Positions 1 to 10,361 of a stretch of DNA of 64,000 bases are shown here, piece after piece. This stretch comes from an uncultured Planctomycetaceae bacterium (GTDB taxonomy: Bacteria; Planctomycetota; Planctomycetia; Isosphaerales; Isosphaeraceae): contig CAWIAD010000001.1 of assembly GCA_963833985.1 (NCBI GenBank), positions 192,001-256,000 on the forward strand, in the 5' to 3' direction. Below the pieces are notes generated by a model, which was not told the DNA's origin, ran no database searches, and worked only from the letters and a program-made list of their open reading frames with translations. Each line of letters starts with the position of its first letter. Position 1 is the stretch's first letter. Position numbers and translations under genes: made by a program.

Positions 1-1956
1 CAGCGCGAGGTGGCGTTTTTCAGGCTCTTGCAAAGCCTCATCACGGCGTGCAACGCCGTTGCCTACGCGCACAGCCGGGGGGTGGTTCATCGTGATCTGA
101 AGCCCGAGAACATCATGCTCGGTCCTTTCGGAGAGACGCTGGTTGTGGACTGGGGAATTGCGAAGGTTCAGCCGGAGCCGACGGCCCGCACCCCCGGCCC
201 GGAGCAAACTGCCTCGGGGCGTGGGGACCTGTCACTGACCCACCCCGGCGCGGCCGTGGGTACACCGCGGTACATGAGTCCGGAGCAGGCCGCGGGCAAC
301 CTGGAGCAAGTGGGCGTGGCCAGCGACGTCTACGGTCTCGGGGCCACGCTGTACTGCCTGCTCGTGGGTCATGCCCCGTTCCCGCAAGACGATATGGACG
401 AGGTGCTCGACCATGTCCGGCGCGGTATCTTTCCGGCGCCGCGCAGGCTGCGCCGCGATATCGACCCGGCGCTTGAGAGCATCTGCCTGAAGGCCATGGC
501 ATTACGGCCGGATGAGCGATTCGCGTCCGCGCTCGACCTGGGCGGTGAGATCGAGGGATGGCTGGCCGACGTCCGATACCGCGGCGAACAGGCGCGCGCC
601 GTCGGCGAGGTGAAGGCATCGCTCTGCCGCCTTTGCATCGAGCGTGCGCACAACTTGTTCGGCCGTGACCGGCACGATCACGCCATGCTCTGGCTGGCGC
701 GTGCCCTGGAGAACCTGCCGGCGCATGAGCCGGCCCTGGAGCGCATGGTCCGGGCGAGCCTCGGCTCCTGGCACGCCCGCGACAGGCTGCTGGAACGGTC
801 GGTCCAGCACGGCGCGGCGTTGCACCAGGTGGCGTTCAGCCCGGACGGCCGCCTTGTGGCGACGGCCGGCGCGGACAAGGCTGCCAGGCTCTGGGACGTG
901 GCCACCGGCGACTCTCTTGCCTCCTCCCTGTTGCACGACGCCCCGCTGGTCATGCTGGCATTCAGCCCCAGGGGAAGTCTGCTCGCGACGGCCGGAGCCG
1001 ATGGCACGCTCCGGCTCTGGAATGCCGTGACGGGCAAGCCGATCGTCGGGCCGATCGCGCTGGGTGCGCCGCTTTCAGCCCTGGGTTTCACGCCCGACGG
1101 ATCAAGGATCGCAACGGTGGCAGAGGGCCTCTCGCCGGGCATCTGGGACACGGCAACCGGTGAGCCGGTCCTGCAACCCTTACCCAGCCGGACTCAGGTG
1201 CTCGCGCTGGCCTGCCAACCCGACGGTGCAGCGCTTGCCACCGCCCACGCCGATGGCAAGATCCGCTTCTGGAACACGATCGAAGGCGCGCGCATCGAAC
1301 CAGGGCTTGAGCACGAGTCGCCTGCGGCTTCGCTGGCATACCATCCCGAAGGGTCCGGACTGCTCACGGTTTGCCTGGACGGCAAGGCCCGGCTCTGGGA
1401 TCTCGCCTCGCGGACCGTCACGCGCGAGCTGGCTTTGCCCGCAGCGGTTCGCATGGCCACCTGGGGAAGCTCGGGGCGCATCATTGCAACCGTCTCCGTC
1501 GACGGCACGGCCCGTCTCTGGAGGTCCCACGACGGCCAGCCTATCGGTGAAACGTTGACCCATGACGCGGCCATCGAGTGTCTCTGTTTCAGCCGTGACG
1601 GCACGCTTCTGGCAACGGGCAGCCGCGACCGATCCGCACAGCTCTGGGACACCGCGACCGGCCTGGCCATCGGCCCGCCCATGGCCCATCGGGGCCCGGT
1701 CCACGCGCTGGCGTTCAGTCCGGATGACCGTCGCCTGGCCACGGGCTCGGCCGATGGATCATGCCGCTTCTGGCGGGCCGCGCCACAGCTTCCCGGCGAC
1801 GCGGAGCGCATCGCCTGCTGGGTTCGGGTGACCACGGAACTGGACTTCGATGCCGGCGACGCCATCATCAAGCTTGACGGGCTGCTGGGATGGGAGCTGC
1901 GCCGGCGACTGCACGAGCTGGGCGGACCGCCTCCGAGAAAGCTCGAACGCTGGTGA
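1..1956 (+). CDS. Ser/Thr protein kinase with C-terminal WD40 repeats (5'-partial)
   Basis: HRDLKPEN, VVDWG, GTPRYMSPEQ, SDVYGLG; then repeated 'AFSPDG..LAT..D..ARLWD' WD40 units; frame is open at the window edge. Confidence 0.93.
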   Translation, partial: QREVAFFRLLQSLITACNAVAYAHSRGVVHRDLKPENIMLGPFGETLVVDWGIAKVQPEPTARTPGPEQTASGRGDLSLTHPGAAVGTPRYMSPEQAAGNLEQVGVASDVYGLGATLYCLLVGHAPFPQDDMDEVLDHVRRGIFPAPRRLRRDIDPALESICLKAMALRPDERFASALDLGGEIEGWLADVRYRGEQARAVGEVKASLCRLCIERAHNLFGRDRHDHAMLWLARALENLPAHEPALERMVRASLGSWHARDRLLERSVQHGAALHQVAFSPDGRLVATAGADKAARLWDVATGDSLASSLLHDAPLVMLAFSPRGSLLATAGADGTLRLWNAVTGKPIVGPIALGAPLSALGFTPDGSRIATVAEGLSPGIWDTATGEPVLQPLPSRTQVLALACQPDGAALATAHADGKIRFWNTIEGARIEPGLEHESPAASLAYHPEGSGLLTVCLDGKARLWDLASRTVTRELALPAAVRMATWGSSGRIIATVSVDGTARLWRSHDGQPIGETLTHDAAIECLCFSRDGTLLATGSRDRSAQLWDTATGLAIGPPMAHRGPVHALAFSPDDRRLATGSADGSCRFWRAAPQLPGDAERIACWVRVTTELDFDAGDAIIKLDGLLGWELRRRLHELGGPPPRKLERW

Positions 1957-1985
1957 GATGACTGCGCGTCCTCGACCGCGGGCGC

Positions 1986-2786
1986 TCACGAGCCAACCGG
2001 GCTGTCTCCCGGATCGGGCCGGGGGGCGATACCTCCGCCCGTCTTGCCGCCCGTTGCGCGGCGGTTCGCGATGGCACCGCCCACCGCACCTCCGGATGGG
2101 CCGGAATAAGTCGTGGTCTCGTCGTCGTCCTCCTCCAGCTCCTGGTCGAAGCTGCCACTGCCGGCGGCCTCTTCCAGTCCGGCCTCATCAGGATCGCCCT
2201 CGCCCAGGTTGGTGCCGGCCAGCCCGCCGATCGCCGTGCCTCCACCAGCGGTCCCCGCGGCGTGCCTGTCCGCTTCACGAACCCGCTCCGCCTCCAGGTC
2301 GGTGAAGGGATGTTCCAGGTCGTCGCCACCGGCCGTAGAGGCACCGGCGGGACCATGGCGGCGATCGAGGCCGCCGAATCCCGCTTCGGGCCGGCCCGCG
2401 TTCAGGTCGGCCGGCGCCCCATCGCCAACCTCGGCCGAGCACGAGGTGCAATCGCGCGTGTACGGCAACACCTCCAGCCTCTCCTGCAAGATCGCTGTTC
2501 CGCACCGTTCACAGGTGCCGTAGGCGCCGCGATCCAGGCGGCCAAGCGCATCCCGGATCTCCATCCGGATGGCCTCCTCGTTCTCGAACAACGTCGCGTT
2601 CAACTCCTGGAGGTATTGCTCGGTCCCCAGGTCCGCAAGGTGCAGCGGCGCGTTCGACAGCGAGCCGCCTGCCTCCCCGCCCAGCCCCGTGCGGGCTTGC
2701 TCTTCCAGGCTCTGGATGTCACCGCTGACGCGCCTGTCCATGGCTTCAAGGATCCGTCGAAACTTCTCGAGTCGTGCTTTGGTCAT
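1986..2786 (-). CDS. TraR/DksA C4 zinc-finger protein with Gly/acidic C-terminal extension
   Basis: Coiled coil, PLHLADLGT, YGTCERC...ERLEVLPYTRDCTSC. Confidence 0.85.
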   Translation of the reverse strand: MTKARLEKFRRILEAMDRRVSGDIQSLEEQARTGLGGEAGGSLSNAPLHLADLGTEQYLQELNATLFENEEAIRMEIRDALGRLDRGAYGTCERCGTAILQERLEVLPYTRDCTSCSAEVGDGAPADLNAGRPEAGFGGLDRRHGPAGASTAGGDDLEHPFTDLEAERVREADRHAAGTAGGGTAIGGLAGTNLGEGDPDEAGLEEAAGSGSFDQELEEDDDETTTYSGPSGGAVGGAIANRRATGGKTGGGIAPRPDPGDSPVGS

Positions 2787-3118
2787 GGCCCCGGTCGCCT
2801 CGTTGGGATGTTCACTCAGTGTGCGGGTTCACGCCGGTCTTTTTCCATCTTCTCGCACGTGACGTGCCGCGCGGTTCGCGGTGGCGCTGAAAGCACGAGC
2901 CGGCGGCATGCTGGTGGAGTCCTGGCGACAGATTGCCGCAAAGGGTCCGCCCGCGGCTGCGAAAGTTCACCACCGCGACGGCGCTGTTCTATGGTCCTCG
3001 TAGGCAAGGAACGATGCGGAGGGACCCGACACGACCCCGGCGATTGCATGCATTTAACGGGAACCAGGGAGACTCGGCCGAGGGCTCCAGCCGGTTCCAC
3101 GACAAGGCGGCTGGCATC

Positions 3119-6100
3119 ATGTCTCGAACACGCATTGCAGGATCCACTGCCAGGACCACACCACAAGCCAATCCACGCAAGCGGCATCTCCCGCTGCCGG
3201 TTCCTTCCCGAAGACTGCGGCCCTTGCTCGAGAGTCTCGAAAGCCGGCAATTGCTCTCCACGTACACCGTGATCAACACCAACGACTCGGGCGCGGGCAG
3301 CCTCCGGCAGGCGATCATCAATGCCAACAAGGACTCGACTCCCGACGACATCGTGTTCAACATTCCCGCCTCGACGGCTCCCTTGCTCAATCAGCCGGTT
3401 CCCGGTTTCGATCCGGTGACGCAGACCTGGACCATCAACCTGCAAACCCCGCTCCCGGTGATCAGCAACACCGTGTCCATCGACGGCTACACCGAGGCCC
3501 ATGGCGGGGGCGTCCCGTATCGCTACCCCAACGCCGTCTGCTCCTCCGCGCAGAGCGTGGCGATCACGGGGAGCCCGACGGGTGGAACATTCACCCTGTC
3601 GACCTCCGCACCGTTGCCGGTGGGTACGACGGCTCCGATTCCCTACGATGCGACGGCGGCGACCGTGCAGGCGGCCCTCGGGGCCATCGTCGGCGTGAAC
3701 AACATCGCGGTCACGGGAGGTCCAGCACCCGCGACCGGCCTGACGATCACGTTCCAGCACGTGTATGCCGGGATGAACATCCCCAACCTGGGGGCCGATG
3801 GCACGGGATTGACGGGTGGCACCACCCCGGGCGTGCTGGTCGCGTCATTCGTCCAGGGAGGCACCGCGATCGCCGACCCGGTCTACATACATTCCTTACC
3901 GAACACGACCCCTGCCCTTCAGGGCAACAACGCCCAGGAGCGCGTGATCATCGACGGCAGCCAGGTTCCCATCTCCAACACCGATATCGGTTTCGCACTG
4001 GACGCCTCGCACTCGCTGCTCCGCGGCCTGATCATCACAGGCTTCGACGTCGGCGTCTCCGTTTTTGCCCTCGACACCTCGAACAACCCCGTCGTCGGCG
4101 ACCTGATCCAGGGCAACTCGATCGGCGATTACTTCCTCTATCTGGTGGACGCCAACACCGGCTCTCCGCTCCCCTCGCCGGGAAACGTCGCTTTCACCAG
4201 TGGCGGGGGCAACGCCCAGCAGGGGGTGATCCTCAATTCGCAGAATGCGACCGTCGGCGGCAGCAACCCGCAGGAAAACAATATCATTTGCGGCAATGGT
4301 GCTCAGGGCATTCTGGTGCAGCCGGGCGCCTCGGGCAACCAGATCCTGGGCAACCAGATCGGCATGGCCGGTCCGTCGACCAACGGCCTCTACTCGCAGG
4401 ACGGCAACGGCCTGGAAGGCGTCCTGATCGAGTCGTCGGGGACACCGTCCAATCCGCTGAGCATCGTCTACGCGTCGAGCAACTTTGTGGGGTCGGCAAC
4501 GGGCGGTAATGTGATCTCGGGCAACGGCGCCGCGGGCGTACGAATGGTGGGCGTGGGTGCGATCCGCAACCTGGTCCAGGGGAACTACATTGGAGTCGCT
4601 CCTGGGGGCGGTTACCTGTTCGGCACGGGCGACCCGGGCAACCTCGGCGACGGCGTGCGCCTCGAGGATGCCTCCCAGAACCAGATCGGCGGCACGACCG
4701 CCGCGCTTGGCAACACGATCGATTCGAACCATGGGGCCGGGATCGACTTCCTGGGGCTGGCGACGAACAACGTCGCCGCCAACAACATGATCGGGGTCAC
4801 GGCCGCGGGAGCCCAGGTGCTGGGCAACTGGTCGGACGGCGTCTCGGTCTACTCGCCCAGCAACACCATCGGACCGGGCAACGTGATCTCGCAGAACAAC
4901 CGGGGCATCGGCATCTATGGGCCCCTGGCCGCAACTCCCGGAACCGCCACGAACATCCTGGTGGACGACAACCTGATCGGCACCGACGCCACCGGCCAGC
5001 AGGGCTTCGGCAACGCCTACGAGGGCATACGCGTCGACAACTCGGCGGGCAACACGATCCAGGGGAATGCCGGCGGCTCGCAGACCATCTCCGGCAACCA
5101 GGTGGGCGTGGCGCTCGTTGGCACCGGCTCGTCCGGCAACCTGTTGCAAGGCAACTTCATCGGCTCCGACAACACGGGAACCAGGGACCTGGGCAACAAG
5201 AACGAGGGGATCCTGGTTGCGGGCGCTGGCGACAACACCATCGGCGGCACCGCGGCCACCAGCCGCAACCTGATCTCGGCCAACCACTGGGGCGTCCGGC
5301 TGGATGGATTGACCGCCATCGGGAACATCATCGAGGGGAACTACATTGGCTCGGACGCCTCGGGGCAGACGCGCCTGGGCAACGAGCTCGATGGCGTGAT
5401 CATCAGCAATTCGGCGAATCAAAACATGATCGGCGGCATGACCGCCGGCCTAGGCAACACCATTGCCTTCCAGGTGATGTCCGGGGTACTGGTCGAGTCC
5501 GGAACCGGAAACTCCATCCTCTCGAACAGCATCTTCAGCAACGGCATGCTGGGCATCAACCTGGTGGCTCCAGCCGACCCGCCCAGCGGCGTGACGTCCA
5601 ACGCCCCGGGCGTACGCTCGGGTCCCAACAACTTGCAGAACTACCCCGTGCTCACGGCGGTCACCTCGAATGGCTCGGTCACGCACATCACGGGCACGCT
5701 GAGCAGCCTGCCGGACACCACGTTTCTCTTGCAGTTCTTCACCAATCCCGCGCCGGACCCCAGCGGCTACGGCCAGGGAGAGACGGCATTCGGCTCGATG
5801 CAGGTGATCACCGACGGCAACGGCAACGCCACCATCAATCTCACCGTGGCGTCCGTGTTCCCGACCGGATCGATCGTCTCGGCGACCGCGACCAACCTGG
5901 CGACCGGCGATACCTCGGAGTTCGCCCAGGACGTCGCGCAGTCGTCGGTGTTCCAGTTCACGCAGGCGCTCTACGTGACCAGCGAAGCCAGCGGTTGGGC
6001 GGTGATCACGGTGTCACGCTCATTGACCGCGCAGGCAGCCTCCGTGACCTGTGCCACGGTCGCCGGAGGGACTGCCGTTCCGGGTTCCGATTACGTGCCT

Positions 6101-9100
6101 GTCACCACGACCCTCACCTTCCCGGCCGGCGCGAGCAGTGAAACCTTCAGCGTTCAGATTCTCGACCCGCACCTGGTCGGGGGTTCGCGCACGGTGAACC
6201 TGGCCCTGTCCAATCCCCAGCCGGCCGCGACCAACACCCTTGATTTCCAGCAGACGGCTGTGCTCCAGATCAACGACAACGATACAGGTTCCTCCGCGCA
6301 GTTCATCGTGACCAATACGAACGATCAGGGCCCGGGCTCGCTGCGTCAGGCCATCCTGAATGCGAATGCCGCCTCGTCTCCCAGCACCATCCTCTTCGAC
6401 ATCCCGGCCGCGACCGACGCCCTGCTCTCCATCCCCGTGCCAGGGTTCGACCCCGTCACCCAGACCTGGAAGATCGCGCTGCAATCGGCCCTGCCCGTGA
6501 TCAACCAGACCGTGACGATCGACGGGTATTCCCAGGCGGAGGGGGGCGTCCCGTTCCGATATCCCTCCGAGATCACGTCGGCCATGCAGACCGTCGCGCT
6601 CACGGGGATCTTGAACGGGGGCACGTTCACGCTCAGCACGTCTGCACCGTTGCCGCAGGGAACGACCGGCCCGATCGCCTTCAATGCGTCCGACGCGCAG
6701 GTTCAGGCAGCGCTCTTTGCCATCCCGGGCATGGCGGGAAACGTGACCGTAATCGGCTCACCAGGCTTCTACTTCATCAACTTCCAGGGCGCTCTCGCGG
6801 GCCAGGCGATCCCCCGCCTGGCCGGCAATGCCAGTGGGCTGACAGGCACCAACCCAGGAATCCAGGTCGGCACCCTGGTGCAGGGAGGTTCAGCGCTCAG
6901 TGTTCCGACGATGATCACGTCCAGCGCGAACACAATGGCCGCCACGCAGGGCAATGATGCTCACATCCGGGTGATCGTCGACGGGAGTGCGACGGGCGGC
7001 GCGACGGGATTCGCGCTGAACGCGTCGCACAGCCGTATTGATGGACTCATCATCGACGGCTTCGGGATTGGAGTTTCGATTCCCAGCCCGGCCGACATGG
7101 GCAACCTGATCCAGGGGAGCTTCATCGGCAATTACATGCTCTACCCGGTCGACCCATCGACCGGTACAGCCCTGACTGGTCTGAACGGCTATGAGCTGGC
7201 GGGCCTGGGTAACGCGCAGCAAGGGATTTACATCGACGGCAGCAACACGATCATCGGCGGCACGAACCCCCAGGAAAACAACGTGATCGCCGGCAACTTG
7301 CAGCAGGGAATCTGGATTGATGCCGCGGGCACCGGCAACGTGGTCGAAGGCAACCAGATCGGCATGGTCGGTCCCAGCGACTTCGGGCGCTACTTCCAGG
7401 TTGGCAACGGCGCGGACGGCGTGCTCGTGGACGGCTCGAGCAACGCCATCGGCGGTTCCGGCAGCACAGCCGGGAACGTCATCTCGGGGAACTTTGGTGA
7501 CGGCGTGCATGTTCTTGGTCCGGCCGCCACCCGGACCGTCATCGCGGGGAACCTGATCGGCCTGGCGCCCGGTGGCGGCTACGCGCTGGGGACCGGCGAC
7601 CCCGGCAACCGCGGCGATGGCGTGCTCATCGAGAACTCCGCAAGCAACGTCATTGGCGGGCCAGGCTCGACCTGGGGCAACACCATCTCATCGAACTCCG
7701 GCGCGGGGATCCTGATCATCGGAGCGACCTCGAGCGGAAACTCCGTTCTCAACAACATCATCGGGCTTACCTCCGACGGCAAGGCCGAGAAGGGGAACCT
7801 CTCCGACGGCGTCGCCGTCCAGTCGCCCCAGAACACGATCGGCCCGGGCAATGTCATCTCCGGCAACTTGCGCGGGGTGAACATCTCCGGAGCCCAGGCC
7901 AGCGGGGTTGTGGTTGTCGGCAACCTGATTGGCACCGACGGCACCGGCGCGCTCAACCTCGGCAACGCCGCCCAGGGAGTGCTCATCCAGAGTGCGACCG
8001 ATGCGGTGATCGAAGGCGACGGCAACGGGTCGCAGGTCATTTCCGGCAATAACCAGGGCGTCGTCATCTCGGGGTCCTCATCCACGCGAAACCTGGTCGC
8101 GGGCAACCTGATTGGTACCGACAAGACGGGGCTGTACGCGATTCCGGACGCACAGGAGGGCGTGGCCATCCTCGGCGCGACCGGCAACACCATCGGCGGC
8201 ACCAGCGCGGCGGTGCGGAACGTGATTTCCTCGAACGGCTGGGGGGTGCGGCTCGATGGCAGCTCAGCCACGGGCAACCTGGTCCAGGGCAACTTCATTG
8301 GCACTGACATCACGGGCAAGGCACCCCTGGGCAACGAGGCCGATGGCGTGATCGTGAGCACGAACGCTTCGGCCAACACGATCGGCGGAACGGTCTCCGG
8401 GGCCGGCAATACGATCGCCGACAACGTCCTGGCCGGCGTGCTGGTGCAGTCGGGCACGGGCAATTCGATCCTCACCAACAGCATCGCTTCGAACGGTCAC
8501 CTGGGCATCAACCTGGCCGCTCCGAGCGACCCGCCCAGCGGCGTGACGTCCAACGCCCCGGGCGTACGCTCGGGTCCCAACAACTTGCAGAACTACCCGA
8601 TCCTGTCCACGGCCGTCGGCGGATCCATCAGCGGCTCCATCCAGGGAACGCTGAACAGCGTGCCCGGCACGTCGTTCCTGATCCAGTTCTTCACCAGCCC
8701 GGTCCCTGACCCTTCCGGTTATGGCCAGGGTCAGACGTCCATCGGCGCGACGACCGTCACCACGAATGCCAGCGGCAACGCCGCGCTCACGTTCAATCCG
8801 TCGAGCCCGATCCCCGTCAACAACTGGGTCACGGCCACGGCCACCAACCTCTCGACCGGCGATACTTCAGAATTCTCGAACGCGGTCTCGGCCCTGCCGA
8901 TCACCATGGAATTTCTCACGGCCACCCTCTCGGTCAACGTTTCGGCCGGAACCGCGCTCGTGCATGTGGAACGAACCGGCAATCCCAGCGCGGTGGTCTC
9001 GGTGAACTACGCCACCAGCAACGGCACGGCCGTGGCCGGGAAGGACTACACCGCGGCGTCGGGCACGCTCACGTTCCAGCCGGGCCAGACTGACAAGACC

Positions 9101-10315
9101 TTCTCCATCACGATCCTTCCCAACCCGTCGCAGGCGGCCAGCTCGGTCACGGTGAACCTGACGCTCAGCCAGCCGACCGGAGGGTCGACGCTGGGCACCC
9201 CCAGCACGGCATTGCTCACAATCAACAACAACCTGCCTGCCATCCTTCAGTTCTCGGCGGCATCCTACACCACATCCTCGTCGTCCAGCTCCGCTCTGAT
9301 CACCGTCACGCGCGGGGGCGGGAACAGCGCGGCGACGGTGCAGGTGCAGTACGCAGCCGCCGGCGGCAGCGCCGTGCCGGGCGTCGATTACACGCCGGTC
9401 ACCGGCACTCTCACGTTCCTGGCCAACCAGGCCACCGCAACGTTCAGAGTGCCGATTCTGAAGGGCGGCAATACCACCGTGGCCCGGACCATCGGGCTGT
9501 TCATCGCCAACGCGACCGGCGGCGCCGAGGTGGGGGCCAGGAGCACGGCCACGCTGACCATCAGTGCGTCGACCCCGTACAACCCGGTCGGACCCACTGA
9601 CCCGGTTCCACCGCAGGTCACCGGCGAGCAACTGGTGCTTGGCCCGGCCGGGATCACCGCCGTGTTCTTCGGCTTCAGCAAGCCGATGACCCCCAGCCGC
9701 GTACCCGACCTTGGCAACTATGGTTACTATGTCGATCTCGCCGGTGCCGGCGGGAAGTTCGGGACCTCTTCGGACACCTACGTACCGCTCACCTCGGCGC
9801 AGTACATTGCGTCCAGCTCCACCATCCTGTTGGTTCCGGCTTACCCCCTGCCCTACGGCCGGTTCGCGCGGATCATCCTCAACGGGCTGGCCAATCCGCT
9901 GCTCAACCGCGGGCTGACCTCCGCGTCGGGGGTCTTGCTCTCGGGCCTGAGCAACGGCGTCCCCGGCGCACCGTACGTGGCCACCTTCGGGGTCGGTTCG
10001 GGACTGGCCTACACCGACAGCGCGGGAAAGGCAGTGCAGCTCAGCCTGTCTGGCGGCGGGCTGATCGAGATGTTCCGGATGCCCGCCGGCGATCCGCAAA
10101 CCGTGATGCTGGCTGGTACCGTTCCCGGCAAGAGCGTGCTCACCTTCCAGGCCAACGCGGCCGGAGGCAAGACGACTTATATGCCGCCGATCCAGAATGC
10201 CGCGGGGGTGAAGTTCCGCTACAGGACGCCAGCAAGCGTCTTCCGCTCCACGGTCGCACCGCCGCCGGCGCCGAGCCGCGCCGTCAGGGCCGTCGTCGTC
10301 CGGCGGCGGAAATGA
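3119..10315 (+). CDS. Giant secreted/surface protein with planctomycete extracellular leader, duplicated beta-helix module and Calx-beta domains
   Basis: RRLRPLLESLESRQLLS leader; TNTND.G.GSLRQAI.NAN twice; many GN.IQGN.IG repeats; Calx-beta-like 'VNYATSNGTAVAGKDYTAASGTLTF'. Start ATG 3119 is inferred; the ORF is open from 2933. Confidence 0.88.
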   Translation: MSRTRIAGSTARTTPQANPRKRHLPLPVPSRRLRPLLESLESRQLLSTYTVINTNDSGAGSLRQAIINANKDSTPDDIVFNIPASTAPLLNQPVPGFDPVTQTWTINLQTPLPVISNTVSIDGYTEAHGGGVPYRYPNAVCSSAQSVAITGSPTGGTFTLSTSAPLPVGTTAPIPYDATAATVQAALGAIVGVNNIAVTGGPAPATGLTITFQHVYAGMNIPNLGADGTGLTGGTTPGVLVASFVQGGTAIADPVYIHSLPNTTPALQGNNAQERVIIDGSQVPISNTDIGFALDASHSLLRGLIITGFDVGVSVFALDTSNNPVVGDLIQGNSIGDYFLYLVDANTGSPLPSPGNVAFTSGGGNAQQGVILNSQNATVGGSNPQENNIICGNGAQGILVQPGASGNQILGNQIGMAGPSTNGLYSQDGNGLEGVLIESSGTPSNPLSIVYASSNFVGSATGGNVISGNGAAGVRMVGVGAIRNLVQGNYIGVAPGGGYLFGTGDPGNLGDGVRLEDASQNQIGGTTAALGNTIDSNHGAGIDFLGLATNNVAANNMIGVTAAGAQVLGNWSDGVSVYSPSNTIGPGNVISQNNRGIGIYGPLAATPGTATNILVDDNLIGTDATGQQGFGNAYEGIRVDNSAGNTIQGNAGGSQTISGNQVGVALVGTGSSGNLLQGNFIGSDNTGTRDLGNKNEGILVAGAGDNTIGGTAATSRNLISANHWGVRLDGLTAIGNIIEGNYIGSDASGQTRLGNELDGVIISNSANQNMIGGMTAGLGNTIAFQVMSGVLVESGTGNSILSNSIFSNGMLGINLVAPADPPSGVTSNAPGVRSGPNNLQNYPVLTAVTSNGSVTHITGTLSSLPDTTFLLQFFTNPAPDPSGYGQGETAFGSMQVITDGNGNATINLTVASVFPTGSIVSATATNLATGDTSEFAQDVAQSSVFQFTQALYVTSEASGWAVITVSRSLTAQAASVTCATVAGGTAVPGSDYVPVTTTLTFPAGASSETFSVQILDPHLVGGSRTVNLALSNPQPAATNTLDFQQTAVLQINDNDTGSSAQFIVTNTNDQGPGSLRQAILNANAASSPSTILFDIPAATDALLSIPVPGFDPVTQTWKIALQSALPVINQTVTIDGYSQAEGGVPFRYPSEITSAMQTVALTGILNGGTFTLSTSAPLPQGTTGPIAFNASDAQVQAALFAIPGMAGNVTVIGSPGFYFINFQGALAGQAIPRLAGNASGLTGTNPGIQVGTLVQGGSALSVPTMITSSANTMAATQGNDAHIRVIVDGSATGGATGFALNASHSRIDGLIIDGFGIGVSIPSPADMGNLIQGSFIGNYMLYPVDPSTGTALTGLNGYELAGLGNAQQGIYIDGSNTIIGGTNPQENNVIAGNLQQGIWIDAAGTGNVVEGNQIGMVGPSDFGRYFQVGNGADGVLVDGSSNAIGGSGSTAGNVISGNFGDGVHVLGPAATRTVIAGNLIGLAPGGGYALGTGDPGNRGDGVLIENSASNVIGGPGSTWGNTISSNSGAGILIIGATSSGNSVLNNIIGLTSDGKAEKGNLSDGVAVQSPQNTIGPGNVISGNLRGVNISGAQASGVVVVGNLIGTDGTGALNLGNAAQGVLIQSATDAVIEGDGNGSQVISGNNQGVVISGSSSTRNLVAGNLIGTDKTGLYAIPDAQEGVAILGATGNTIGGTSAAVRNVISSNGWGVRLDGSSATGNLVQGNFIGTDITGKAPLGNEADGVIVSTNASANTIGGTVSGAGNTIADNVLAGVLVQSGTGNSILTNSIASNGHLGINLAAPSDPPSGVTSNAPGVRSGPNNLQNYPILSTAVGGSISGSIQGTLNSVPGTSFLIQFFTSPVPDPSGYGQGQTSIGATTVTTNASGNAALTFNPSSPIPVNNWVTATATNLSTGDTSEFSNAVSALPITMEFLTATLSVNVSAGTALVHVERTGNPSAVVSVNYATSNGTAVAGKDYTAASGTLTFQPGQTDKTFSITILPNPSQAASSVTVNLTLSQPTGGSTLGTPSTALLTINNNLPAILQFSAASYTTSSSSSSALITVTRGGGNSAATVQVQYAAAGGSAVPGVDYTPVTGTLTFLANQATATFRVPILKGGNTTVARTIGLFIANATGGAEVGARSTATLTISASTPYNPVGPTDPVPPQVTGEQLVLGPAGITAVFFGFSKPMTPSRVPDLGNYGYYVDLAGAGGKFGTSSDTYVPLTSAQYIASSSTILLVPAYPLPYGRFARIILNGLANPLLNRGLTSASGVLLSGLSNGVPGAPYVATFGVGSGLAYTDSAGKAVQLSLSGGGLIEMFRMPAGDPQTVMLAGTVPGKSVLTFQANAAGGKTTYMPPIQNAAGVKFRYRTPASVFRSTVAPPPAPSRAVRAVVVRRRK
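5575..5646 (+). repeat. 72-bp perfect direct repeat, copy 1 (copy 2 at 8527-8598)
   Basis: cgacccgcccagcggc...cagaactaccc is identical in both copies, inside the diverged intragenic duplication. Confidence 0.85.
8527..8598 (+). repeat. 72-bp perfect direct repeat, copy 2
   Basis: Identical to 5575-5646. Confidence 0.85.
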
Positions 10316-10361
10316 CGATCCAGGGCAGTACCGATGTTGGGTCGCAGAGCCCGGCCGGGAT

